This document shows, one piece after another, positions 11,182 to 20,185 of a DNA stretch of 64,000 nt. The position numbers were made by a program, and so were the translations under genes. The stretch spans positions 320,001 through 384,000 of the forward strand of contig CAVXTH010000009.1 in assembly GCA_963764625.1 (NCBI GenBank). The letters run 5' to 3'. How positions within the stretch are numbered: the stretch's first letter is position 1; each line of letters opens with the position of its first letter. The notes beneath the pieces were generated by a model that made no database searches, was not told where the DNA came from, and saw only the letters and a program-made list of their open reading frames with translations. This stretch comes from Candidatus Krumholzibacteriota bacterium (GTDB lineage Bacteria; Krumholzibacteriota; Krumholzibacteriia; JAJRXK01).

Positions 11182-12915
11182 ATGGATCTCCCTCGCCTGC
11201 AATTCAGCTATCTGCGCGAACAGATCGTGGGAGTCGACTGCTCCTTCGACACGCCTTTCGGGCAGAGAATGCTCGTCTACTGCGATTACACCGCCAGCGG
11301 CCGATGCCTTCGTTTCGTCGAGGAATATCTCATGGGTTTGCAGCGCCACTATGCCAACACCCACACCGAGGACGACGTGACGGGCCGCAGCATGACTCAG
11401 CTCTTGCACGAGGCCGAGAGCGCAATCAAGAACGCGGTTCACGCCGGACAAAATGGACGGCTCATCGCGGTGGGAACGGGCGCCACCTCCGCCATCGACA
11501 AACTGCAACAGATCGTGGGTGTGGCGATTCCTCCCGCCACGCGACAGCTTCTCACCCTCCTCATGGAAGAGCATCTGGGCGCCGCTTCCCACGAGTCCTA
11601 CGCCCGCTTCTTGCGCGAGCACGAGCCGGTCGTCTTCGTGGGGCCCTACGAGCACCACTCGAACGAGATCTCCTGGCGGGAAGGTCTGGCCCAGGTTCTG
11701 GAAGTCGAATTGAGCCCAGATGGAGGAGTGAATCTCGAGCACTTGGAGCATCTCCTGAAGGATCCGCGCTACCAGGGACGGCTGCGCATCGGCACCTTCA
11801 GCGCTGCCTCCAATGTCACCGGACGTCTGACTCCGGTTCACGAGATCGCTCGACTTCTCCACGCGCACGATGCCATCGCCTGTTTCGACTACGCGGCCAG
11901 CGCCCCCTACGTGGAAATCGACATGAGCCCCGCTCCGGGACCCGAAGGAGGCGACCCTTCGCTGGATGCCATCTTTCTCTCACCACACAAGTTTCTGGGA
12001 GGTCCGGGAGCATCGGGAGTTCTGGTGTTCAACCAACGCATCTATCACCGCGAATTGCCCCCCACGGTGAGTGGCGGGGGAACGGTCGATTACGTCGGTC
12101 CCGACTGCCACGACTACACGCCGCAAATCGAAATGCGCGAAAAAGCCGGAACCCCCGGCGTGTTGCAGACTCTCAAGGCCGGGCTGGCATTCCTGGTGAA
12201 AGAAGCGGTGGGACCCAAGCGTATCCAAGAGCGGGAGCGGGCGCTCCTGGAAAGGGCGCTGCAACGCTGGGGCGAACATCCCGCGATCGAAATTCTGGGA
12301 AATCCCGATCCATCCAAGCGGGTCGCGATCATCTCTTTCAATCTCAGGGACCCCTCGGGAAGCTATCTGCATCCGAAATTCGTCACTCGGATCGCCAATG
12401 ATCTATTCGGAATTCAATCGCGTGCGGGTTGTTCCTGCGCCGGACCCTACGGGCACCGCCTCTTGAACATCGATGCTCCCACCAGCCAACATTACCGGGA
12501 CTGGATCCAGAAGGGGTATCACGGGCTGAAACCCGGTTGGTGCCGAATCGGGTTCCACTACATCATGGACGACGAGGAAGCGGGTTTCGTGATCGACGCG
12601 GTTCTGTTCCTCGCCGAGCATGGGCACCGATTCCTTTCCCTCTACGATTTCGACCTGAGCACCGGTGCGTGGGTTCACCGGGAAGAAAAGGCCGCGGGAA
12701 GGGCGTTCAGTCTGCAAGCCGCTCTCTGCTCGGCCGCCAGCGGCCCGACTGCTTTGAAGCTCGATGAGCGGAAGAAACGCTATCGCGAGTACCTCCATTC
12801 GGCGATGGAGTTGGCCGCAAGTCTTCAGGACGACGCGGGCGCGGGGAAGCTCCAGGGTGAAGCGGGAGAGCTCCAGTACTTCCGTCTCCCCGCCGGCGCG
12901 GACGGAATCGATTGA
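11182..12915 (+). CDS. PLP-dependent aminotransferase class V (cysteine desulfurase-like)
   Basis: YCDYTASGR, YANTHTE, GPYEHHSNE, FDYAASAPY, SPHKF (PLP Lys), QSRAGCSCAGPYGH. Confidence 0.88.
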   Translation: MDLPRLQFSYLREQIVGVDCSFDTPFGQRMLVYCDYTASGRCLRFVEEYLMGLQRHYANTHTEDDVTGRSMTQLLHEAESAIKNAVHAGQNGRLIAVGTGATSAIDKLQQIVGVAIPPATRQLLTLLMEEHLGAASHESYARFLREHEPVVFVGPYEHHSNEISWREGLAQVLEVELSPDGGVNLEHLEHLLKDPRYQGRLRIGTFSAASNVTGRLTPVHEIARLLHAHDAIACFDYAASAPYVEIDMSPAPGPEGGDPSLDAIFLSPHKFLGGPGASGVLVFNQRIYHRELPPTVSGGGTVDYVGPDCHDYTPQIEMREKAGTPGVLQTLKAGLAFLVKEAVGPKRIQERERALLERALQRWGEHPAIEILGNPDPSKRVAIISFNLRDPSGSYLHPKFVTRIANDLFGIQSRAGCSCAGPYGHRLLNIDAPTSQHYRDWIQKGYHGLKPGWCRIGFHYIMDDEEAGFVIDAVLFLAEHGHRFLSLYDFDLSTGAWVHREEKAAGRAFSLQAALCSAASGPTALKLDERKKRYREYLHSAMELAASLQDDAGAGKLQGEAGELQYFRLPAGADGID

Positions 12916-12961
12916 GTGGTTTCGAATTTCGTCGAGCCTGAGCGCACGAGGGAGGGACGAG

Positions 12962-13801
12962 GTGCCCGAATTGCCCGAAGTAGAACGCGGGCGGCGCATG
13001 GCCGCCACGGCGGCCGAAGGGCGCCGGATCCGCCAGGTGGTTTGCAAGCGCGATCCGATCGTCTTCGACGGGGCCTCGCCTCGACGGTGGAAGAGCGCTC
13101 TGGAGGGAAAGAAGGTCCAGAGGGTTTCGAGGATCGGCAAACAAATCTGGTTCGAGCTCGACTCCCCTCCTCATCCTCTGTTTCATTTCGGCATGACCGG
13201 CGCCTTTCGGGTGCCGGGACGGCGCGACCTTCCTCTGGCCGCGCGGCCCACTCCCGACCCGAACGAGGCCTGGCCGCCGCGCTTCACCAAGATCCAGCTG
13301 TTCTTCGAGGGAGGAGCAGAGCTTGCGATGACGAATGCGCGGCGCCTGGGGCGAATTCTGCTGCGCGAGGACCCGCTGCACGAGCCGCCGATCTCCCGAC
13401 TCGGCTTCGATCCTCTCCTCGGTCCCCTCTCCAGAGCGGAATTCTACCGGCGCGCCAGCCGGCGCAAGACGTCCATTAAGAGTCTGCTGCTCGATCAGAG
13501 TTTCTGCGCTGGGGTGGGAAATTGGATCGCAGACGAAGTCCTTTATCAGGCCGGGATCGATCCACGACGCAGCGCCGACCAGCTGACTCCCGAAGAACTC
13601 GAGAGAGTCCGTCGCCGGCTCGGCGCGGTGGTGAAACTGGCCGTGAGGGTGGATGCGGACAAGTCCCGATTTCCCGTGAACTGGCTGTTCCACGTCCGTT
13701 GGGGAAAGAAAAAGGACGCACGCACCGCAGAAGGGAACAGAGTGGTGTTCGCAAGTATCGGCGGCCGAACCACGGCGTGGGTTCCACAGCGACAAAAGTA
13801 A
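12962..13801 (+). CDS. mutM: Fpg/Nei DNA glycosylase (MutM), zinc-less finger type
   Basis: GTG start followed by PELPEVE; GKQIW, HFGMTG, H2TH motif LLDQS..GVGNWIADEVL; C-terminus GGRTTAWVPQRQK has no Cys4 zinc finger. Confidence 0.9.
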   Translation: MPELPEVERGRRMAATAAEGRRIRQVVCKRDPIVFDGASPRRWKSALEGKKVQRVSRIGKQIWFELDSPPHPLFHFGMTGAFRVPGRRDLPLAARPTPDPNEAWPPRFTKIQLFFEGGAELAMTNARRLGRILLREDPLHEPPISRLGFDPLLGPLSRAEFYRRASRRKTSIKSLLLDQSFCAGVGNWIADEVLYQAGIDPRRSADQLTPEELERVRRRLGAVVKLAVRVDADKSRFPVNWLFHVRWGKKKDARTAEGNRVVFASIGGRTTAWVPQRQK

Positions 13802-13871
13802 TCCCCTCGAAGAAATCGATCTGATACAATCAAGAGGTAGGGGGGACGGGCCCCGAGATCAGGAGTCCGCC

Positions 13872-14111
13872 ATGACCGCCGACGTCGAAACTCTCGCCTC
13901 GCAGTCCACGCCCGCGGCCGCCACCTGGCCGTTCCTTCAGAAAGGCATCGCGCGCTGCAAGCGCATGCAGTCGGCACCCGTTCGACGTTTCATGCAGAGC
14001 GCGCTTTTGAAACTGGCTCTCGCCTGGCTCTCGTTCGCAATCGCACTGGCGGCGTGGAAGGCTTTGGCCGGATTCACCGTTCGGCGCTATTTCAAGAACT
14101 TCTCCATGTAG
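13872..14111 (+). CDS. Putative small membrane protein (79 aa)
   Basis: SD-like AGGAG before the ATG, extended -10 TGaTACAAT at 13822-13830, one hydrophobic segment; last 25 nt overlap the convergent gene. Confidence 0.45.
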   Translation: MTADVETLASQSTPAAATWPFLQKGIARCKRMQSAPVRRFMQSALLKLALAWLSFAIALAAWKALAGFTVRRYFKNFSM

Positions 14112-15397
14112 CGGCAGTGCGGGCTAAACTCGCCTCTCCATAGGATCACCGCGCGCCGTAGAGGTCCCGGCAAGTCGGCGTCCGCGAAACTCACGTGTAA
14201 ATCCACTTTGGCCAGAGCGGGAAGATAGGGACGAAGCGAATGCCCGAAGCTGGTGGAAGCTTCGACCGGAAGCTCGCTCGGCAGATTTCCTACTGCCAAG
14301 ACCTGAAGGCCTTCGCCTCGAAACCCCGAGGGAGCGCGGGCGGTCTGAGGATCGTAGACGTACACCGGGTCTCCCGGTTCGGTTTCGCGCACCGTGCAGG
14401 CCAGAGAGCCGTCGATGTCACAGGTGATGTCACCGACCGCGATCAACTTCGGCGTGGTCTTTCCCGAATACAACCGCCGCAGGGTGTCGGCATCGGCAAA
14501 GCGCGGATAGCGTTCTTCCCAGTAGGTTGCGTTCACGAGCAGAGACAGGTTTCGAAGATGCGGTTCGAAGATCGAGCGATAGCCCTCGGGATGCTGGTAG
14601 TAATCCTCGAGCTCGAAGCTCCGTTCTTCCTGTTGGGGCTGCACCAGGTGCTCCTCTTTGAAGACTACCTTGCCCAACTGCGTGCGGGTTCCTTCGTTCG
14701 ACCGGACCCACCCCTCCAGTTCATCCGGAGAGATCTCGGTGTGCGGCAAGAGCTCCAGGATCTCCTGCGCTCCTGAGGAAACGCGACCGTATCCCAGGAT
14801 CCCCACGGTCAGCGGACAGACCTCGCGGGGAAGTCCCTGCGCGGCGATCTCTTCTCCGACCTCTTTCACGGCCTGCTTCAACGCCGAAAGGTCGGCATAG
14901 GCATGGGAGGGTGAGAGCCGAAGAAACGGGGTTGCATGTCCCAGGACCTCGAGGCGTCGTCCCAGCATCCAGAGGCTGTCGGTCATTCCCACCAGGCCCG
15001 CGTGGTGCGAAAAGAAGATCAGACGGCGGCCTTCTTCGTCGGTGACGAGCTCGTAGTCGAGCAGAGTGCAGTGAAGCTCCTTGAGCTTGGCCAGAAGAGG
15101 CATGTTGTAGGACTGGCCCTTGATGGTGTGGGAGAAGAACATGTAGGCGCCGTTTTCACGGAAGAACGGAAGAGGCATTTCCTTGACGCCCAAGACGATG
15201 TCGCATTCGCGTACCGACTCGACTACGCGGGCGCCCACCTCTTGATAGCTCTCGTCGGAGAAAGCCCGCCGGGGGAACGACTCGACTTCGATCGAAATCC
15301 CTTCGGCGAGAAGGTTCCGGACATCCTCGGGCGTGAGCACGACACGCCGTTCCCATTCGTTCTTGTCTTCTTTTCGCAGGCCCAAACGATGGCTCAT
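14087..15397 (-). CDS. Stand-alone lysine-ketoglutarate reductase / saccharopine dehydrogenase (AlaDh/PNT fold)
   Basis: LRKEDKNEWERR, GVKE, FFSHTIKGQSYNM, LLDYEL, GYGRVSSGA, LVNATYWEERYPR, GDITCDIDGS, NLPSELP. Confidence 0.88.
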   Translation of the reverse strand: MSHRLGLRKEDKNEWERRVVLTPEDVRNLLAEGISIEVESFPRRAFSDESYQEVGARVVESVRECDIVLGVKEMPLPFFRENGAYMFFSHTIKGQSYNMPLLAKLKELHCTLLDYELVTDEEGRRLIFFSHHAGLVGMTDSLWMLGRRLEVLGHATPFLRLSPSHAYADLSALKQAVKEVGEEIAAQGLPREVCPLTVGILGYGRVSSGAQEILELLPHTEISPDELEGWVRSNEGTRTQLGKVVFKEEHLVQPQQEERSFELEDYYQHPEGYRSIFEPHLRNLSLLVNATYWEERYPRFADADTLRRLYSGKTTPKLIAVGDITCDIDGSLACTVRETEPGDPVYVYDPQTARAPSGFRGEGLQVLAVGNLPSELPVEASTSFGHSLRPYLPALAKVDLHVSFADADLPGPLRRAVILWRGEFSPHCRYMEKFLK

Positions 15398-15507
15398 ACT
15401 GACTCTCCACCAGTTCGCTTCGATCGAACCGAAAATCGTGATCGTGGCAGTCCACTATCTTGCCGGAAAGCGCCCAGGAAGACAAGCCGGGGGGTTCGAG
15501 AGCTTTC

Positions 15508-16614
15508 TTAGCGCCCCGGATGGGTGGAGAGGCCGGTGTCGATCTGCTCGATTCCGCTCAGGTACTCATGATCGGTCAATTGATTCTTCCACAGTCCCGC
15601 GCTCCTGGCTCCCAAATAGCCCAGGAGGAAAACGAGGAGCACCGCGAACGCGAAGGCCCTGATCGAAAGGCGCCGCTTGCCGGCCCGCATGCTCAAGGCT
15701 TCGTCCACCGGACACACCGCCACGCAGTCCATGCATCCCGTGCATTCCGGATCGAGAACCTGTCCGCTGCGCGAGACCGGCAATCGGGCCATACAGACTC
15801 GATCGCAGAGCCCGCAGTCGATACACGCATCACGGTCGCGGACCACGCGTGTAGGCGAGAGCCACGAAAAGATTCCCAAGAGAGCGCCGTAGGGACAGAG
15901 GTAACGGCACCAGAATCCCTCGACCAGGATCGAGCCCACCACTAGACCGGCCAGGACCAGAGTGGCAATGAGAGATAGACTCGCGAAGAAGAGTCCCATG
16001 TGCACGTCGGCCATGCGGTTGTACGGCTCATCGAGGAAAGCGTGCACGCCCAGGGCGCCCATTGCCACGATGCTCTGCAAGAAGAAGAGCAAGAGGAGAT
16101 ACTTCACTCCGCGCAAGAGGACGTCCGCCAGGCGCCAGAGCCTGAAATTCCGGCCGAAGAGACGGCGTCCCACCCTCGCCAGGAGCTCACTCAAAAAACC
16201 GATGGGACAGATCCAGGCGCAGAAACTCTTGCGTAGGAAGGTTGCAAGAAGCAGGGCGATGAGCACGAGGATCGTGGCGGCGGGATGCACATGATTCAGC
16301 GTTCCCTGATAGACCCAGTCGAAGAGTCCGATCACCCCGCCGATGGGAAGAAAGCCCTCCACTCCTGGCGGACGCGCAGGAAGTGGGAGTGTCCCCGCGT
16401 GGGCGGCGCGGTAGAAGCGCGCGAACGCGAAGCCGATCCAGATGCAAGTGGCTGCGATCGAGGTCTGGACGAGCAGACGCGCGCGAAAGGTCCGGCGCGT
16501 CTTGGATCCCCTCGTATCGCCGAGCCAGTGCCATGCCCGGCGTGTTCTTGCTTGCAGGGAAGAAGGGTCCACGGAGTTGAGGGGAGGCGGAAATGGGGGA
16601 AGGACATCCGGCAA
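15508..16614 (-). CDS. Membrane-bound 4Fe-4S protein (NapH/YccM/NosR-C-terminal family)
   Basis: RPPGVEGFLPIGG, FCAWICPIG, WCRYLCPYG, two ferredoxin motifs CIDCGLCDRVC and CTGCMDCVAVCP, several TM helices; start uncertain. Confidence 0.88.
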   Translation of the reverse strand: MPDVLPPFPPPLNSVDPSSLQARTRRAWHWLGDTRGSKTRRTFRARLLVQTSIAATCIWIGFAFARFYRAAHAGTLPLPARPPGVEGFLPIGGVIGLFDWVYQGTLNHVHPAATILVLIALLLATFLRKSFCAWICPIGFLSELLARVGRRLFGRNFRLWRLADVLLRGVKYLLLLFFLQSIVAMGALGVHAFLDEPYNRMADVHMGLFFASLSLIATLVLAGLVVGSILVEGFWCRYLCPYGALLGIFSWLSPTRVVRDRDACIDCGLCDRVCMARLPVSRSGQVLDPECTGCMDCVAVCPVDEALSMRAGKRRLSIRAFAFAVLLVFLLGYLGARSAGLWKNQLTDHEYLSGIEQIDTGLSTHPGR

Positions 16615-16722
16615 CGGGCCGGTCGAATTTGCGTCCCGCTGTCAATATGGTCTTCCGTGCCGCCGGATCCAAGGAATCGCGGCTCCCGGGTCCGGGCGCT
16701 TCGCTCGTAGATCTCTGGCGCC

Positions 16723-17198
16723 TCAGTCCACCGCGCCGATGTCGCGTCCCAGCAAGCGGGTGAGAAGCTCCGATTCGCAGTCCTCGTGGTTTCTCAACAG
16801 AGTCAAGATCTCCTCGAGGCGTCTCCGCAGACGCGGATTCGCCGGCTCCTCGCCCTGGGAGTAACTGAGGCTGGAGTGGACCAACTCCCTGACATCCATC
16901 AGCAGACGGGGGTGCTGCAGTTGGAGTTCCTGCAGCGGTTTGGCTCCTCGCGGGTGAACCTTTACCAATTCGTCGAAAACACCGCTGGAGGTTTCGAAAC
17001 GAAAATGGCGAAAGAGCTTGTCATGAAGCTCGACCAGGCTCTTGGACAGCGCGGCGGCCCAGCGATGAAATCCATCGTTGCCGATCTCTGGCCGGGGCTG
17101 CTGGGTGAAGCCTCGAGGTGGTCCAGAAGAATACGCAACTCGCGGTGCTCCGCGAGAACTTGATCGGTCTGGCTCAGCGGTTGAGGCGAAATTGACAT
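16723..17198 (-). pseudogene. Hemerythrin-like (HHE cation-binding) protein with one frameshift near 17110 (probably a sequencing error)
   Basis: Adding one base after GAG GC joins EHRELR to LFRHFRFE, LQLQHPRL and LRNHEDCE, giving the H...HxxxE...H...HxxxE pattern in about 158 aa; SD AAGGAGG upstream. Confidence 0.75.
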
Positions 17199-17266
17199 GG
17201 ATCCCCTCCTTGCGGAGAAGTTGGACTTCCCCTCTGCGATACGCGGCATGATCCTCCTGGAATGGA

Positions 17267-17298
17267 ATTACAGATAATCAGAGTTACTACTCTGTAAT
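17267..17298. promoter_or_regulatory. Candidate operator in the divergent promoter region
   Basis: AT-rich island containing ATTACAGA-N16-TCTGTAAT and an overlapping CAGAGT-TACT-ACTCTG (17279-17294). Confidence 0.5.
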
Positions 17299-17433
17299 AT
17301 ACCAAATTTCGTGCTTTACTGACAAGGACGGAGTCGAGGCAGCGCCCCATTTTACGCTGGAACAAGAACTTGGCTGGGGCGACACTGCGCGGGTTGCCCG
17401 CTTGTCCTGCCTTTCGCACGGAGGAGGCCCACA

Positions 17434-18978
17434 TTGAATTACCCGGTCTGGGACCCGGGCTTCGCGCACGGAGTCCTCATCGCGGCGGTCGCGATCCTTC
17501 ACGTCTACATCAGTCACTTCGCAATCGGTGGGGGACTCTTCCTCGTGGTCACCGAGACCCTGGCGCGGCGCCGCAATGACGCGGGGCTTCTGGACTACCT
17601 GCATCTGCACTCCCGTTTCTTCATTCTTTTGACTCTGGTCTTCGGCGCCATCACCGGGGTGGGAATCTGGTTCACCATCGGACTCATCAATCCGGCAGGA
17701 ACGGACAACCTCATTCACGCCTTCGTCTGGGGATGGGCGATCGAGTGGGTCTTCTTTCTGGTCGAGATCATCTCCGCCCTCATCTACTACTACGGGTGGA
17801 AGACCATGCGCGCGCGCGATCACTTGATCGTGGGTTGGATCTACTTCGCCGCTGCGTGGCTTTCGCTCGCGGTGATCAACGGGATCCTGAGCTTTCAGCT
17901 CACCCCGGGAAAGTGGATTCAGACGCATGGCTTCTGGGATGGGATTCTCAATCCAAGCTATTTCTCCAGTTTGGTCGGACGCAGCGCCTTCGCGATCGCC
18001 CTGGCGGGGCTCTTCTGCCTGTGGACCGCGACACGACTTCAGTGGGGTCCCCTGCGCCGTTGGCTCACCCGCTATGCGGGACTGTGGGCCGCGGTGGGAC
18101 TGGCGGGAGCCTTTCTGAGCGCCATCTGGTGGTGGGATGGACTGCCGGCGGCGGTGCGGCAATTGGCGGCGGGGAACATGCCCATCGCAATGGAGGCCTT
18201 CAAGGTGGCGGTGTGGACGATCCGGGGGCTGGTCCTGCTTGTGGTGGTGCTGGCCATCGTCTTTCCCCGCGGGATCAATCCGGCGACGAGCGCCCTCATT
18301 CTGCTGTTCGGGCTGGTAGTGATCGGCTCGGGAGAGTGGCTGCGCGAGGCGATTCGCAAACCCTGGGTGATCCAGAATTACCTCTACTCCAACGGCTTGA
18401 GAGCGGATGAAGTGAAGACCATCAGGAGCGCGGGGATCGTGGCGTCCGATCCGTGGATCGACACTTCGAAGGCGGGCAATCCTTTGGGCATGGGCGAGGA
18501 GATCTTTCGCGCCGCGTGCAAGAACTGTCACTCGCGCAACGGCTACAACGGTCTCGCGGCCCGAGTGCGAGGGTGGGACGAGGAGTTCACGGCCGGCTTC
18601 ATCCAGCGCCTGGAATATAGCCTGCGCCCCATGCCGCCCTGGGTGGGGACGCAGCAAGAGGCCCACGAACTCGCCCAGTATCTCCTGAGCTTGCCCAAAG
18701 CCAAAGCGAGCGAGACTCGAGAACTCGATGGCCGGGAGGTGTACCAGAAACGCTGTTCGTCTTGTCATACTCTGTACGAAGAGCGTTCGCTGGCCGAGCG
18801 TCTGGAGGGCTCCAACGCCCAGGACATCGACGAATTCCTCCAAGATATGGAGTCCGACGAGATGCCGGCCTTTACCGCGGGTGAAGCGCAGCGCCATGCC
18901 CTCGCGCGATACCTGGAGAAGGCGGTCGGTGAGGGTGCGCCGAAAGATCAGACCCAAGCCGAAGGGAGTGCACGATGA
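17434..18978 (+). CDS. Cytochrome bd-superfamily subunit I fused to two c-type heme domains (OR-C-like)
   Basis: TTG start with GGAGGAGG SD; TM1 His in LHVYISHF; WAIEWVFFLVE; GEWLREAIRKPWVI equivalent to the CydA ExGRQPW motif; CKNCH (18517) and CSSCH (18754) with downstream MPPW and MPAF Met. Confidence 0.85.
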   Translation: MNYPVWDPGFAHGVLIAAVAILHVYISHFAIGGGLFLVVTETLARRRNDAGLLDYLHLHSRFFILLTLVFGAITGVGIWFTIGLINPAGTDNLIHAFVWGWAIEWVFFLVEIISALIYYYGWKTMRARDHLIVGWIYFAAAWLSLAVINGILSFQLTPGKWIQTHGFWDGILNPSYFSSLVGRSAFAIALAGLFCLWTATRLQWGPLRRWLTRYAGLWAAVGLAGAFLSAIWWWDGLPAAVRQLAAGNMPIAMEAFKVAVWTIRGLVLLVVVLAIVFPRGINPATSALILLFGLVVIGSGEWLREAIRKPWVIQNYLYSNGLRADEVKTIRSAGIVASDPWIDTSKAGNPLGMGEEIFRAACKNCHSRNGYNGLAARVRGWDEEFTAGFIQRLEYSLRPMPPWVGTQQEAHELAQYLLSLPKAKASETRELDGREVYQKRCSSCHTLYEERSLAERLEGSNAQDIDEFLQDMESDEMPAFTAGEAQRHALARYLEKAVGEGAPKDQTQAEGSAR

Positions 18979-20078
18979 ACCCGGTGGTACCTGCCCCTGA
19001 CATTCTCCCCCTGCCGGGACCGGTATGGTTGTTCAAGACCTTACTGCACCTCACCTTCGTCATTCATCTTCTCTTCATGAATTTCACCCTGGGAGGAGCC
19101 GTACTCGCAGCGGTGTCGCGGTTGAGACGACACGATGAGGGGAAGCGCCTGGCGCGCTGGATCGAAACCAAGTTGCCCACGGCATTGGCGATGACGGTGG
19201 TATTCGGCGTGGCGCCCCTTCTTTTCGTTCAAGTCCTCTACGGCAACCTTCTCTACACTTCGAGTATCTTGATCGCCTGGCCCTGGTGGTTGGTCATTCC
19301 CGTTCTCATCGTGGCCTACTACGCCGCCTACGCGCTCGCGTTCAGGGGCGATCGCTTCAGCTGGGCATTTCATGCCCTGGGTTGGCTCGTGCTTCTGGGC
19401 CTGCTCTACATTTCCCACGTCTTCGTACACAACATGAGTCTCGTGCTGAGGCCCGAGAGCTGGTCTGCCATCTATCACGCCGATCCCTCAGGCATGAACT
19501 CCAATTACAGTGATCCAAGCCTGTGGCCGCGGTACCTACACTTCTTGCTGGCTGCCATTGCCGTGTGCGGACTGATGATCGCGTGGGAAGGGGCGCAGAG
19601 GGTGAAGCGGGACAAGGCCGACGGTCGCTACCGGCTGCGATTCGGCGCCATGTGGTTCCTCATTCCCACTGGCCTGCAGTACCTGGTGGGAACCTGGTTC
19701 CTGCTTTCGCTTCCCCGGGACGTCATCATGACTTTCATGGGCCAGAGCATCGGCGGCACCGTGGCGTTCATCGCCTCGATCATTCTTCCCCTCGGGGCGC
19801 TCATGACTGTGGCCATGGCGATTCGTCATCCTCAACCGCAGAGGCTCATGAACGTCGCGGCGGCGCATCTTCTGGGCACCCTCGTGGCCATGGTCATCGT
19901 GCGCGATACCGTGCGCGACCGCCTTCTCGCGCCGGTCTTCAAGCTCTCCGATCTCAAAGTGGAGTCTCAAACCGGGGTTCTTCTGCTCTTCATCGTGCTA
20001 CTGCTCGTGGGGCTGGGTACGGTCGCCTGGATGTTGCGGCTCTACTCCACCCGGTCGAGTTCCTCGTCAGCCCCATGA
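18975..20078 (+). CDS. Polytopic membrane protein, CydA-paralogous partner subunit
   Basis: ATGA overlap with the upstream gene; about 9-10 TM helices; HLTFVIHLLFMN, FGVAPLLFVQVLYG, WPRYLHFLLAA, IVRDTVR. Confidence 0.75.
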   Translation: MNPVVPAPDILPLPGPVWLFKTLLHLTFVIHLLFMNFTLGGAVLAAVSRLRRHDEGKRLARWIETKLPTALAMTVVFGVAPLLFVQVLYGNLLYTSSILIAWPWWLVIPVLIVAYYAAYALAFRGDRFSWAFHALGWLVLLGLLYISHVFVHNMSLVLRPESWSAIYHADPSGMNSNYSDPSLWPRYLHFLLAAIAVCGLMIAWEGAQRVKRDKADGRYRLRFGAMWFLIPTGLQYLVGTWFLLSLPRDVIMTFMGQSIGGTVAFIASIILPLGALMTVAMAIRHPQPQRLMNVAAAHLLGTLVAMVIVRDTVRDRLLAPVFKLSDLKVESQTGVLLLFIVLLLVGLGTVAWMLRLYSTRSSSSSAP

Positions 20079-20099
20079 TGTGAAGAGAAGTCGGGAGAA

Positions 20100-20142
20100 T
20101 TCACGCCGCCTTCACGTGTTCTTCATGATCTGTCCCTAGCTT
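20100..20142 (+). promoter_or_regulatory. Pho box and -10 element
   Basis: TTCAC, TTCAC, TTCAT at 20100, 20111 and 20122 (11-bp period), then 10 nt, then TAGCTT; lies upstream of the phosphate porin and phoU. Confidence 0.75.
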
Positions 20143-20185
20143 TTGCGGCGGTCTTTCCGATCACCACTTCGAAGGGATAAAGAAG

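Noticed and set aside
17287-18957. 556-aa minus-strand ORF, and similar long ORFs at 28469-30067, 4251-5714, 38483-39859 and 58296-59840
   Set aside because: Each lies antisense to a well-supported gene and has no recognisable domain
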